DNA from: Simkaniaceae bacterium | GTDB lineage: Bacteria; Chlamydiota; Chlamydiia; Chlamydiales; Simkaniaceae | Direction of reading: 5' to 3' | DNA length: 57,217 bases | NCBI GenBank assembly: GCA_050248615.1 | Contig: JBFWSA010000012.1 | Coordinates: 1 to 57,217, forward strand | Shown here: in pieces, positions 19,172-28,325 of the stretch | Layout: each line of letters opens with the position of its first letter | Position numbering within the stretch: position 1 is the first letter of the stretch | Position numbers and translations under genes: made by a program | Notes under the pieces: model-generated | Told to the model about the DNA's origin: nothing | Seen by the model: only the letters and a program-made list of their open reading frames with translations | Database searches by the model: none

Positions 19172-19244
19172 AAATTATTCTTTGCGTAATACCTCTATAC
19201 CTATACCATTCTCGCTATTCTTATTTTTAACGGTAATGGAGGTA

Positions 19245-20192
19245 ATGATGTCTTCAATTGGAGCATTCACGCAAGAATCACAGGTTTTTCCCATCAACCC
19301 TGAAAACGGAAACCGAATAGGGGAGTCGATCATTTTTGTAAATGGAATCATGAATGAACGAATAGGTTTTAAACTTCCCCGTAATGAGGCAGGAGTTTTA
19401 GATCCTATTAGGGAAGGAGCACAGGTGAGCGCAGAACGTATTTCATCCTGTATTAATTCTCAAAGGGTCCTTCTTTTTTATAATCCCACATTCTGTTTAA
19501 GTCATCGAGATATTACAGTAGGCATGGATCGCATTGCTCCACTGTTTTCTTTGTTAGCTGCACTCATCACTTCAGAGCGTGAAAGATGTTTACAGAGCTT
19601 GGGAGAAGGACACTCTGTTAGAGTTCTTGTGATTGCGCATAGTCATGGAGCGCTTTTAACTTTTGAAGCATTAAAGCTTGTGGATAGTGTTGTGCGTAAA
19701 GATGTAGAGGTCGCAACTTTTGGAGGAGCCAAACTAATCCCTTGTACTTTGGCCAGAAAAGTACAAAATTTTATTCATGAGAATGATATCGTAGCACTAC
19801 TTGCTCAAATAGAGCCTGAAAAAGAAGGTTTTATTGCAGAGTTTTTTGTAGAGAAAAGAAAAGAATTTCTAGGTATCGAATCTGATGCTGGGCAATCTGA
19901 TAGAATTAAAAGTGCTCTCGAGACACGCGAAAAAATTAAGCAAGGGATGGATCCTGTGGGAGCGCACATTCAGGTACTTTTGGGGAATTTTCAAAAAATT
20001 GTAGAGAAGACTGAACAGTTGCCTGAACATCAGCAATTTGAACATTTATTTAAACGAGTTTTTGAAACAACTCTTACCCATCTGATTTGTCCACTTACGA
20101 TTTTGTCTCCTGAAGCATCTTTTGGGCCTATTGCCCATGCTTTTGATTCTTATCTATCTCAAGCCGTAGATGTGATTGAAATGAGAGCTTAG
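19245..20192 (+). CDS. Alpha/beta-hydrolase-fold protein, DUF687-like (chlamydial)
   Basis: IIFVNGI.N, YNPT, nucleophile elbow IAHSHGA, VATFGGA, N...NDIV and a C-terminal His. The start is near GGAGG at 19238. Confidence 0.65.
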   Translation: MMSSIGAFTQESQVFPINPENGNRIGESIIFVNGIMNERIGFKLPRNEAGVLDPIREGAQVSAERISSCINSQRVLLFYNPTFCLSHRDITVGMDRIAPLFSLLAALITSERERCLQSLGEGHSVRVLVIAHSHGALLTFEALKLVDSVVRKDVEVATFGGAKLIPCTLARKVQNFIHENDIVALLAQIEPEKEGFIAEFFVEKRKEFLGIESDAGQSDRIKSALETREKIKQGMDPVGAHIQVLLGNFQKIVEKTEQLPEHQQFEHLFKRVFETTLTHLICPLTILSPEASFGPIAHAFDSYLSQAVDVIEMRA

Positions 20193-20200
20193 AGGAAGTC

Positions 20201-20719
20201 ATGAGTGTCATTAGATCTAATGAATGTCCAGTCTGTTTTGGAAGCTTTCAAAATCCTTATATTCATAGCAGTTGTGGAAATACAATGGATTACCATTGCG
20301 TTGAAGAAGCTTTAGGGAATTTTGGACGGTGTCCTATCTGCAATGTTAATGCTTCATTAGCAGATTTTAAGCCCAATGTTTCTCTTCGGGATGTGCTTCA
20401 GGAAACGGCTGATAAAGGAGTACAAATTGTTAGAGAAATAACTCCGATCACTCTTAGGTTTTCGCCATCTGTAAATAGAGGAGACAGAGGATTTGAAAAT
20501 GCGATGAATCAGATTAAAAAGCTCAATAGGAGTTTGCACGACGTACATATTAATAAAGAAAGCACCCGAAAAATTCGTGCAGATTGGGGGCATAACATTC
20601 TTGCAATTTATAAGTCTGGCAAGTGGCGTTTTTTTCATGTGCAAAAAGGAGGAGAGGCTCTTGTTGAAGAAGAAAAGTTTGAGAAAGGAGTGGATAAGTT
20701 AAAGCTTTTCACCATGTAG
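20201..20719 (+). CDS. Variant RING-finger protein; putative E3 ligase effector
   Basis: C9-x2-C12-x12-C25-x-N27-x2-D30-x2-C33-x10-C44-x2-C47 followed by KPNVSLRDVL. RBS GAGGA. Confidence 0.65.
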   Translation: MSVIRSNECPVCFGSFQNPYIHSSCGNTMDYHCVEEALGNFGRCPICNVNASLADFKPNVSLRDVLQETADKGVQIVREITPITLRFSPSVNRGDRGFENAMNQIKKLNRSLHDVHINKESTRKIRADWGHNILAIYKSGKWRFFHVQKGGEALVEEEKFEKGVDKLKLFTM

Positions 20720-21497
20720 CTGTTGGGGGCATGGAGCAGAGGATTGCTTCGGGATTGCCCCCTGACTGGAAGCCAAACTTTGTTCCTCGATCATACAGAA
20801 GATTAAACTCAACATAATGGGCGCGTAAGGCGTTTTGCTTTTTTTTGTCCTCTTCCGTAAAGGGAGCTAGGGTCCGTTTTTTATAGATGGGAAGAATGGC
20901 ATCTAAGAACGTAGAACCGACAGTTTTCCAGAGGGCTAGGTCTTTTGCGAAATCTCCTGTGTTATGATAGTCAAAAAAGATCCCGCCGACGCCGCGCTCT
21001 TTGTTCCAGTGTTTGATGGTAAAATAGGTCCGGGCATTTTCAGAGAAAATCGCATAGAGCTCTTCTCCCAAAGCTTTTTTGGCCACGCGATGAAAGTGCG
21101 CGGTGTCCTCGTCAAAAGGGAATCCCATAGGGGTGAGATCGTATCCCCCTCCAAACCACCATTTGTTTTTGGTTTGGATAAAGCGGACGTTCATATGAAC
21201 GGTGGGAGCTTTAGGATTAGACATGTGTGTGATTAAACTAACCCCTGTTGCAAAAAAAGGGCCGGGGTCATCATTAAAGGGAATTTGATCTCCTCTCACT
21301 CCTGACCAGTTGACAGCAGCTTTTTCAAAAACCTCACCGCGTAGGATCGAAATTTCACCTCCCCCTCCTTGGGCATGGTCCCAAGGTTTTCTTACAAAAC
21401 GACAGGTAGGTTCAAAGGATTCAAACCCTTGGATGATTGTATCTCTTAAGTTTTTTAGGTAATGAACGATCTCTTCTTGCATCATTGCTGCCATCAT
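20709..21497 (-). CDS. hemF: Oxygen-dependent coproporphyrinogen III oxidase
   Basis: GGG..G.VFEKA.VN.S, ATGVSL..H..NP.APTVHMNVR, WWFGGG.DLTP, ERGVGGIFFD, YVEFNLLYDRGT.FG. Confidence 0.95.
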   Translation of the reverse strand: MMAAMMQEEIVHYLKNLRDTIIQGFESFEPTCRFVRKPWDHAQGGGGEISILRGEVFEKAAVNWSGVRGDQIPFNDDPGPFFATGVSLITHMSNPKAPTVHMNVRFIQTKNKWWFGGGYDLTPMGFPFDEDTAHFHRVAKKALGEELYAIFSENARTYFTIKHWNKERGVGGIFFDYHNTGDFAKDLALWKTVGSTFLDAILPIYKKRTLAPFTEEDKKKQNALRAHYVEFNLLYDRGTKFGFQSGGNPEAILCSMPPTATW

Positions 21498-21536
21498 GTC
21501 AAAATTCTAAATTAAACAATTTTTGGTTTGAATACG

Positions 21537-22751
21537 ATGAAAAAAATTGTCATTGCGGGTGGGGGAATCTCGGGTTTAACGGCGCGCTACTATCTCTCCA
21601 AAAAATATCCCGATGCGGAAATTACCTTGTATGAAAAAAGTGACCGGCTAGGGGGGGTTGTCCATTCGGTTAATGAAGGATTTTTCTTTGAAAGAGGGCC
21701 GCGCACATTTAAAGTTTCTAAAAGTCAAGCGCTCCTCTCTCTTATTCAAGAGTTAGGACTTCAAGAAGAGATTCTCTATTCAAGCAAAACCTCTCAAAAA
21801 CGGTATCTTTGGAAAAATCGAAAACTCTCTTTAATGCAAACATTTTTCCCAAAAATGATTCCTGCCCTCCTAAAAGAGTGGAAAAAACCCTATCCTTGGG
21901 GAGGAGATGAATCGATTGAGACTTTTGTTACACGCCGGCTTGGCTCTTACGTAGCCGAAACCTTTTTTGATCCTTTGACTCTGGGGATCTATGCGGGGGA
22001 TATCCGCAAACTTTCTATCCGGAGCTGTTTTCCTACATTAAAAGCCTTGGAGATGGAGCATGGTTCCCTGACCAAAGGATGGATAAAATCCAAAAGAACA
22101 AAGGAGCCAAAAGGGCTTTTCACTCTGAAAGGAGGTCTGACCCTTTTGATTCAAAAACTGGCAGAAAAAGGGCGCGGAGAAATCTGTTTAAATACCCCTT
22201 ACGAGACTCTTCAACACGGTGTAGATCGCCATATTTTAGCCCTTCCTCTCTCTGCGATGCCCTTTTTTTTTCAGTTTGATCCAGAGGCCTGCTCTTTTTT
22301 TGAGAGCATGGAATCAGTAAGCCTTTCTGCTGTCAATGTCGCCTTTAACAAGAAGGTCCTTAAAAAAAAGGGATTTGGCTATCTGGTTCCGAGCAGCGAA
22401 AAAGAGGAGATTTTGGGAGTTATTTTTGATTCGTGTGTATACCCCGCTCAAAATCATCGTGAAAATGAAACCCGTCTCACGGTGATGCTAAAAGAAAGCC
22501 AAGCAGAAGTGGCGCGGGAAAAAGCCCTGAGAGCGTTGCATGCTCATTTAGGTATTTCCGAAGCTCCTGCCTATTGTCATGTCCAACATTACCCAAACGC
22601 GATTCCTCAATATCTAGTGGGGCATCAAGAAAGGGTCATGACGTTCTTGAATTATCTTTCTCAAACCTATCCCCAGGTCACTTGTATGGGAAACTACCTC
22701 CAGGGAGTTTCTCTAAGCGATTGCATTTTCCTTGCATCTAAAGTCACTTAA
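21537..22751 (+). CDS. hemY: Protoporphyrinogen oxidase (HemY type)
   Basis: FAD motif IAGGGISGL, E.SDRLGG, FERGPRTF, GIYAGD, GFGYLVP, AIPQY.VGH. Confidence 0.9.
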   Translation: MKKIVIAGGGISGLTARYYLSKKYPDAEITLYEKSDRLGGVVHSVNEGFFFERGPRTFKVSKSQALLSLIQELGLQEEILYSSKTSQKRYLWKNRKLSLMQTFFPKMIPALLKEWKKPYPWGGDESIETFVTRRLGSYVAETFFDPLTLGIYAGDIRKLSIRSCFPTLKALEMEHGSLTKGWIKSKRTKEPKGLFTLKGGLTLLIQKLAEKGRGEICLNTPYETLQHGVDRHILALPLSAMPFFFQFDPEACSFFESMESVSLSAVNVAFNKKVLKKKGFGYLVPSSEKEEILGVIFDSCVYPAQNHRENETRLTVMLKESQAEVAREKALRALHAHLGISEAPAYCHVQHYPNAIPQYLVGHQERVMTFLNYLSQTYPQVTCMGNYLQGVSLSDCIFLASKVT

Positions 22752-22879
22752 TTCCAATTAGTTATGTTTTTATCTTAGTGTTAATTTATTTATATTTAGA
22801 TGTTTATGTTTTTTATTAATTTATTAATAAAAATTTGATATAATATAATTAGTTAAAGAAAGACTGAGGAATTCTATTT

Positions 22880-24658
22880 ATGTCTTTTATTTCAGGTGAA
22901 AAATATTTTTCAATCGGTTCATTTTCAGTGAGTTCGCCTTTTACTCCTGCTAAGACAGCGACAGAGGAAGGAGAAAAGACAGCATTAGCAGCTCTCAAAG
23001 AAGCGCGCTTGGCTTTTCAGGGAGTGGATGGCAACCTCTCTCATGATCGGGATATCGATACGTTTATTGTCCAATTTCAAGGGCAAGCAGACTTCCCATT
23101 GCCCCCAGGAATAGCGCGCAGAGAAGTTGAAGACATCATTCAGAATTATCAGGAAAAAAGAGCAGCCTATGAGGAGGCAGTGAGTGATTGGGCAACACGA
23201 TTTGTGCGAAGCAATGCAATAGAGAGTCCCCAAGCTGCACTGGAAACAGTTAGAAAAATCTCACAGGATTTAAATGGAAAGTGGGGTTTTGTGGAGCGAG
23301 CCTTTCACATGATTCGGTTTCGCGGTGGGATCGAAGGGCGTCGTGAAAAATACCGTGAACGGGTTCAAGTGCTCAATCGGATGGGTATTTGCAATACAGG
23401 TTTTAATCCAGAAGAAACAGTGACTGTTGTAGGACTAAACCTCAAACGTTCTCAGGAGCATTTGGTCACACGCCTTTTAGAAACACTGGTTAAACCTACG
23501 CTCCCTCAAGCACATTTTATGACCCTCGAAGAGGCTAATGCTTTTTTAAGTGGATCTTCAGAGATTGGAGGTGCTTTTACTGATGTGCAACGTCAACAGC
23601 TTGCTGAGAACCTGAATGCACTCTTAAATGTTTCAGGAACGTTACGAAAAAACCAGTATGATGTTTTAGAAATGTATGACATTTTGGGGAAAAATTTTGT
23701 GCCGCTTTTTAATCGGTTAGCAGAGGAAATGGGACTAGATATTCGTGTGGATCACATCATAGATCTTAAAGAATGGATCACCAAAAGCCCTGAAGAGTCG
23801 GGCATTCCCCTATTCCATCGGGCCTTATTGATTCATACATTTCTAGGAGAGGCTCAGCGGCTTGCTTCCTATTATTCAGACCCTGTTGAGGTAGAGATTC
23901 CACAAGAACTTGCAGAGGAGGCAGTGGCTGTATTTCAGCATCGTGCCAGCAAATATTATGGCGCCCTTTCCAGCAAGATCCACAGCGTGGAAGCTATTCA
24001 AAATTGGCTTCAAAACAAGGCGATTGAAGGGTGGCGTCCCCCTGCCTATTCTCAATGGAAACGGGTAGCTCTTGTGAACGATTTTTTAACCGATCTTCAA
24101 GCAATGAAAGAGGGGAAATCTATCGCTCTTCCTCAAAAAGAAGGAGAAACAGATCAGCCTGAACCTACGAAAAAAGTGCGCTTTCTTGCAGATCAGCCTC
24201 AATCCAGAGGGGTGATAGGGACTGTTCACGAGATTCCAGCTTATGATGCTGAAGAGCGACAAGGACGTATGGATGGAGGAATGAATCCAGATCTGATTGC
24301 ATCAAAATCTGAGGGAGCTCTTAAGAAGGCTGAGTCGCTTGGTGTGCGAGAAGAAGCGGATCGCATGTGGAGACAAGAAGAGGCTTTAAACCCTCGTGAA
24401 ACGAGTACAGTGTTAGTTGCAGATATGAGATACCTAAGATCTTCTTTACAGGGATATGCGATCCAGCAGCTCGACCTTTTAAGAAAAAAATATGCTGAAA
24501 ACACCCTGCCTCGTATTGATACGGCTGCAAAAGCGGAGGCCTTTTTATTAAAAATAGCCCCCTACACTTACCGGGAAATCAACCGGGAATTTAGAGAGAT
24601 TCTCAATCGATGTTTAGAAGCGCAAGAGAAGGAAGATGCCCTTCTTCAGAGGCCTTGA
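22880..24658 (+). CDS. Hypothetical helical protein (ORFan); candidate secreted effector
   Basis: 592-aa ORF with RBS GAGGA, a Ser-rich N-terminus and a very AT-rich upstream region. Confidence 0.75.
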   Translation: MSFISGEKYFSIGSFSVSSPFTPAKTATEEGEKTALAALKEARLAFQGVDGNLSHDRDIDTFIVQFQGQADFPLPPGIARREVEDIIQNYQEKRAAYEEAVSDWATRFVRSNAIESPQAALETVRKISQDLNGKWGFVERAFHMIRFRGGIEGRREKYRERVQVLNRMGICNTGFNPEETVTVVGLNLKRSQEHLVTRLLETLVKPTLPQAHFMTLEEANAFLSGSSEIGGAFTDVQRQQLAENLNALLNVSGTLRKNQYDVLEMYDILGKNFVPLFNRLAEEMGLDIRVDHIIDLKEWITKSPEESGIPLFHRALLIHTFLGEAQRLASYYSDPVEVEIPQELAEEAVAVFQHRASKYYGALSSKIHSVEAIQNWLQNKAIEGWRPPAYSQWKRVALVNDFLTDLQAMKEGKSIALPQKEGETDQPEPTKKVRFLADQPQSRGVIGTVHEIPAYDAEERQGRMDGGMNPDLIASKSEGALKKAESLGVREEADRMWRQEEALNPRETSTVLVADMRYLRSSLQGYAIQQLDLLRKKYAENTLPRIDTAAKAEAFLLKIAPYTYREINREFREILNRCLEAQEKEDALLQRP

Positions 24659-24678
24659 TTTCAGGCTAATCCTAATCA

Positions 24679-25170
24679 TTAAAGCAAGTTGATGTTTAAG
24701 ATAAAAAAGACCCAATGAAAGAGAAGTTTGTAGACAACCATCAGGAAATAGGGGATCAGAAGATAGGCTCCTAAGCGTGTGATTAAAAAGGTGTAAAACA
24801 TCAAAACCAGTAGAGTCATGAAAAGAATGGTGATGAGTATGGGGGTTAGCACAGGGATGGGGAGATAAAAGAAACAAATCGGCCATAAGGTATTTAAAAC
24901 AATTTGAAGCACCCAAGCTCTCAGTGCAAAGCTGCGGATGTGACTTGCCCGTTTGGTCCAAATCAGCGCACCTGTCCAAGCGAGCAAGATATAGAGAAGC
25001 GTCCAAATCGGAAAGAGCCATTGAACAGGAAGAACCCAGGGTAGGTGTTGATTCGTTTTATAGAGCTGAAGAATTCCTTTTTTTGACAGGAGAATAGAAA
25101 AGAGTTCTACTGATAAAACGATAAGGAGGAAAATGATATGGATTTCGACTTTCTGTTTTTTCGTATACAT
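24679..25170 (-). CDS. TspO/MBR family membrane protein
   Basis: P.W..P..WLFPIWTLLY, Q..LN.LW...FF, YLLIPY; about 5 TM segments. Confidence 0.8.
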   Translation of the reverse strand: MYTKKQKVEIHIIFLLIVLSVELFSILLSKKGILQLYKTNQHLPWVLPVQWLFPIWTLLYILLAWTGALIWTKRASHIRSFALRAWVLQIVLNTLWPICFFYLPIPVLTPILITILFMTLLVLMFYTFLITRLGAYLLIPYFLMVVYKLLFHWVFFILNINLL

Positions 25171-25198
25171 ACCCCCTCTTCTTAACGCAAAAGAGAGT

Positions 25199-25233
25199 TA
25201 TACTCAAATAACTTCAAAAGTTGGTTGAGTATA
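25199..25233. repeat. Collapsed 35-bp palindrome, family B
   Basis: TATACTCAAATAACTTCAAAAGTTGGTTGAGTATA. Confidence 0.85.
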
Positions 25234-25236
25234 GAC

Positions 25237-26400
25237 TCAAACAATAGATAGAGAAGGTTCTTCTTTAAGCATTTTTAGGGTTTTTAGAAGAAGGGAGAGA
25301 TCTTCTTGGGAGAGGTGAGCGTGGATGGTAAACCGGAGTCGAGAGGCCCCTTGAGGAACGGTTGGAGGACGTAAAAAAGTGGCTAAGATATTTTTCTCTG
25401 AAAGGGCTCGGGAAAGTTTTTGGCAGTGAGATTCCTCTAACGAGATTAAGGGAATGAGGTGAGCAGAGGGGTTCCCAATATCCCAATGGTCTTCTTTAAG
25501 GGCATCTCGCAGGTAAGCGCTGAGGTTTTGCACTTTTTGACGCTCCACTTGCATATCGGGAATCAGATCTAGAGCTCCATTAATCGCTCCGAGTACAGCG
25601 GGAGGAAGCATGGTGGTTTCTAAAAGCTGAGGGTTAAAGGTGATGAGGTACTCACGCATGAGTGCATTGCATGTGACAAAAGCTCCAAAAGAACCCGAAC
25701 CTTTTCCAAAACTTCCTGTAGCGATATCGACACCTCTCCGGTGGGAAGCAAGACCCATCCCATGTTTTCCTAGCATGCTGACAGCGTTGGAATCCTCAAT
25801 GTAAAGGAGGGCTCCAAATTTTTCTGCGAGTTCACTTAATTTTTTTAAGTCGCTCATTTCGCCATTAAGGCTGAAAAGGGATTCAGTAAGGATCAGCTTA
25901 GCTGTTGAAGTAGACTCTGTTTTCTCGAGAAGGTCACTGAGTTGCGTATAGTTTTGGTGTTCAAAGCGAAAAACTTTAGCACGTGTTCCGATAGCTGCTT
26001 GGATGAGTGCGGGGTTTGAAAAGCGGTCGATGAAAATAAGGGAATCTTTAGGGGCAAGAGTCGAAAGAATCTGTTGATGCATTTGGTAAGTGGAGGGAAA
26101 TAAAAGAGAGGTTTCTTTTCCTACAAGTTCAGCGAGTTTTTCTTCTACACTTCGATGACATTCTAAATGCTGTGTGACTAAACGGGAGGGGGTCGTTCCT
26201 GCTCCCCACTCTAAAACGTATTTAATGGTGTTTTTTTTGACGTAAGGGTGCTCAGAAAGTCCCAAAAAATCATTGGAGGCGAAATTAATCATGGAGGGGC
26301 CATGCGGTTCTTCCGGAGGAGTGAAACACCGCAGTTGGTTATACTCTTTTTGTTCCCGTTTTTTTTCGAGCAATTTTTGGTAGTAGGAATATTTATTCAC
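25237..26400 (-). CDS. BioF-like PLP-dependent alpha-oxoamine synthase family protein (divergent active site)
   Basis: INFASNDFLGLS.HP, TESLFSLNGE, GSFGK, RPPTVP.GASRLR. GTG at 26400 overlaps the upstream TAG. Confidence 0.85.
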   Translation of the reverse strand: MNKYSYYQKLLEKKREQKEYNQLRCFTPPEEPHGPSMINFASNDFLGLSEHPYVKKNTIKYVLEWGAGTTPSRLVTQHLECHRSVEEKLAELVGKETSLLFPSTYQMHQQILSTLAPKDSLIFIDRFSNPALIQAAIGTRAKVFRFEHQNYTQLSDLLEKTESTSTAKLILTESLFSLNGEMSDLKKLSELAEKFGALLYIEDSNAVSMLGKHGMGLASHRRGVDIATGSFGKGSGSFGAFVTCNALMREYLITFNPQLLETTMLPPAVLGAINGALDLIPDMQVERQKVQNLSAYLRDALKEDHWDIGNPSAHLIPLISLEESHCQKLSRALSEKNILATFLRPPTVPQGASRLRFTIHAHLSQEDLSLLLKTLKMLKEEPSLSIV

Positions 26401-27548
26401 TAGGAGGTTCCTTGCGTTTGGGAGGGAACAAAAGAACAAACAAAAAGTTCTGATCTTTTAATACTTCCGTCTAGTTCTTTATCAAAGCAAACATAATTTC
26501 CCCTTTCGCAACGGGGATCGTAATAAGAGTGTTGGTTTAGAGAAATGGGGCAGAGCATTCTCCCTCCAGGAGCGAGTTGACTGAGAAGAGTTTCTGGGTC
26601 TTTTTTGCACATAAAGCCGACATAAATGATATCGAAGGGAGCTTCAGCCAAAAGCCCTTTTTCCCCATCTCCTTGGAGGATTTTCATTTTTTGAAATAAA
26701 CTGGGGTAGTGTTCTTGTATTGTGTTTGTTGAGGTTTCTACGAGATCGCGAAAATATTCTATTCCCCATACTTGCGCCTGGGGGGCGAGATGTTGCATAA
26801 AAGCCGTAAAGAAACCCGAGCCTGAACCCACATCGAGACATTTTTTTGCGGTCTCGAAATGCCCGGTTAAGAGTTCTGCTCCGAGCACATGCATATGAGG
26901 GGAAGAGATGCACATCCCATATTCTTTTTTTCCAATATCAACTGCACAATCATGGTAAGGATTTTCAGGGCAAAAATGGACCCGATCAATCGAGCGTAAT
27001 CCAGTTTCTACATTTGAAGAGGACAAAATACCTGTCCGTTTTAGATTAACAATAAGTTCGTCGAGAGTTTCACTTGTACTGATTTTTGTTGCTTGTAAAT
27101 TATGGGGAGAAATAGGGAAGGATTTCCAAGAATCAGGTGCCGTGTGGGGTTCGATAAATTTGATTTCTAGTTTTTCATTGGGAGCCACACTCAAGATGGT
27201 AACCAAAAAAGGGATGCCATTAATGGGGAGTACACGCCAACACCCTGGGCGGAATTGTTGTTGCGTTGCAATGAGGTGAACGTTGTTTTCTTTCCGTCTT
27301 TTGGTTTGCGGCAGTTCCTGGAATGCGTTGTGGGGTCTTTTCAAATAGTACTGCTTTCCTTGTTGTGTAACTTGTAGATCAGGGATAAGCCTTTGTTTTT
27401 CGCTATCGCTAAGCCTAGAAAAGTATCTTAACGTGCGGTTAGGAGTTAGAGGACACTCCTTCTCTTCTTCCCTTTCTTTAATTGTAGCATAGTGAAAGGG
27501 ACCTTCGGTGGAGATCTTTAGAAGGGATGAATGTACACTGTTTGTCAT
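26400..27548 (-). CDS. Protein-L-isoaspartate O-methyltransferase domain with a ~170-aa N-terminal extension
   Basis: IDR.HF, ISSPHMH, LDVGSGSGF.TA, GDG..G...EAPFDII.VG, QLAPGGRML.P. Confidence 0.85.
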   Translation of the reverse strand: MTNSVHSSLLKISTEGPFHYATIKEREEEKECPLTPNRTLRYFSRLSDSEKQRLIPDLQVTQQGKQYYLKRPHNAFQELPQTKRRKENNVHLIATQQQFRPGCWRVLPINGIPFLVTILSVAPNEKLEIKFIEPHTAPDSWKSFPISPHNLQATKISTSETLDELIVNLKRTGILSSSNVETGLRSIDRVHFCPENPYHDCAVDIGKKEYGMCISSPHMHVLGAELLTGHFETAKKCLDVGSGSGFFTAFMQHLAPQAQVWGIEYFRDLVETSTNTIQEHYPSLFQKMKILQGDGEKGLLAEAPFDIIYVGFMCKKDPETLLSQLAPGGRMLCPISLNQHSYYDPRCERGNYVCFDKELDGSIKRSELFVCSFVPSQTQGTS

Positions 27549-27550
27549 AA

Positions 27551-27949
27551 TTACCTCTCAGGATCCATTTTTTTCTCAGTAAGAATAGTCTGATCAAATT
27601 CATTAATCAAGGAACTTTTGTATGCCCCTTTTAAGCTTTCTTGAATTCCCTCTAGGATTGTCGTTTCTAGTTTTTCAATTGTTGTGGGTGCATTGGGTTC
27701 AAATTGGAGTTCGAAGGGTTTAGTTGTGAGGGTTTTTCCTTCTAACGTAAGAGTGGTGATGAGATAGGAAAAAAGTTTTCCATTGATGCGGTTGCTGGGT
27801 AATTCCCATTTCATCTTGGAAAATGCCGAAGAGAATATTTCGATTTCGAGCTTTGCATGATGTCTTTCGCAAAGCTTCTTAAGGGATCCAAATGTTTTGG
27901 CTTGGAAAACCTGGTGTTGAAAAATAAGATAGGATGAGTATAATTTCAT
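27551..27949 (-). CDS. Hypothetical protein
   Basis: ATG 27949 has an AGGAG RBS. The stop lies 2 bp before the start of the methyltransferase gene. Confidence 0.6.
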   Translation of the reverse strand: MKLYSSYLIFQHQVFQAKTFGSLKKLCERHHAKLEIEIFSSAFSKMKWELPSNRINGKLFSYLITTLTLEGKTLTTKPFELQFEPNAPTTIEKLETTILEGIQESLKGAYKSSLINEFDQTILTEKKMDPER

Positions 27950-28025
27950 TGGATTTACTCCTTTTTTTGTAATTCTAAAAAACAAAATAACTTAAAGTAT
28001 AAATTTTAAACAATATTTTTTTTAA

Positions 28026-28325
28026 ATGGATCTAAAACGCTACCTTTTCGAAAAAGCAATCCCCGTAAAAGAATTCGCAGAAAAGTTGGGTGTCAGCGCA
28101 GGTCTCATTTATCATTTTTTAAAAAGAAAGCGCCTTCCCTCTCCAAAGCTCGCCAGTAAAATTGAAGATTTAACCGAAGGGTTAGTGAGAAAAGAAGAGC
28201 TTCTTTTCCCTGAAAGTGTTTCTCCACAAAAATGGGTTTTTCATGAAGGGGACGTTCGAGAACGTTTAGAAGATCATGAAGAACGTCTCCAAAAACTCGA
28301 AGAATCTATCCTGAATAAAGAATAG
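28026..28325 (+). CDS. Cro/CI-type helix-turn-helix protein with C-terminal coiled coil
   Basis: MDLK.YL...EFAEKLGVS...IY....KR.PSP.LA.KIE.LT.G.V...EL. Confidence 0.8.
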   Translation: MDLKRYLFEKAIPVKEFAEKLGVSAGLIYHFLKRKRLPSPKLASKIEDLTEGLVRKEELLFPESVSPQKWVFHEGDVRERLEDHEERLQKLEESILNKE

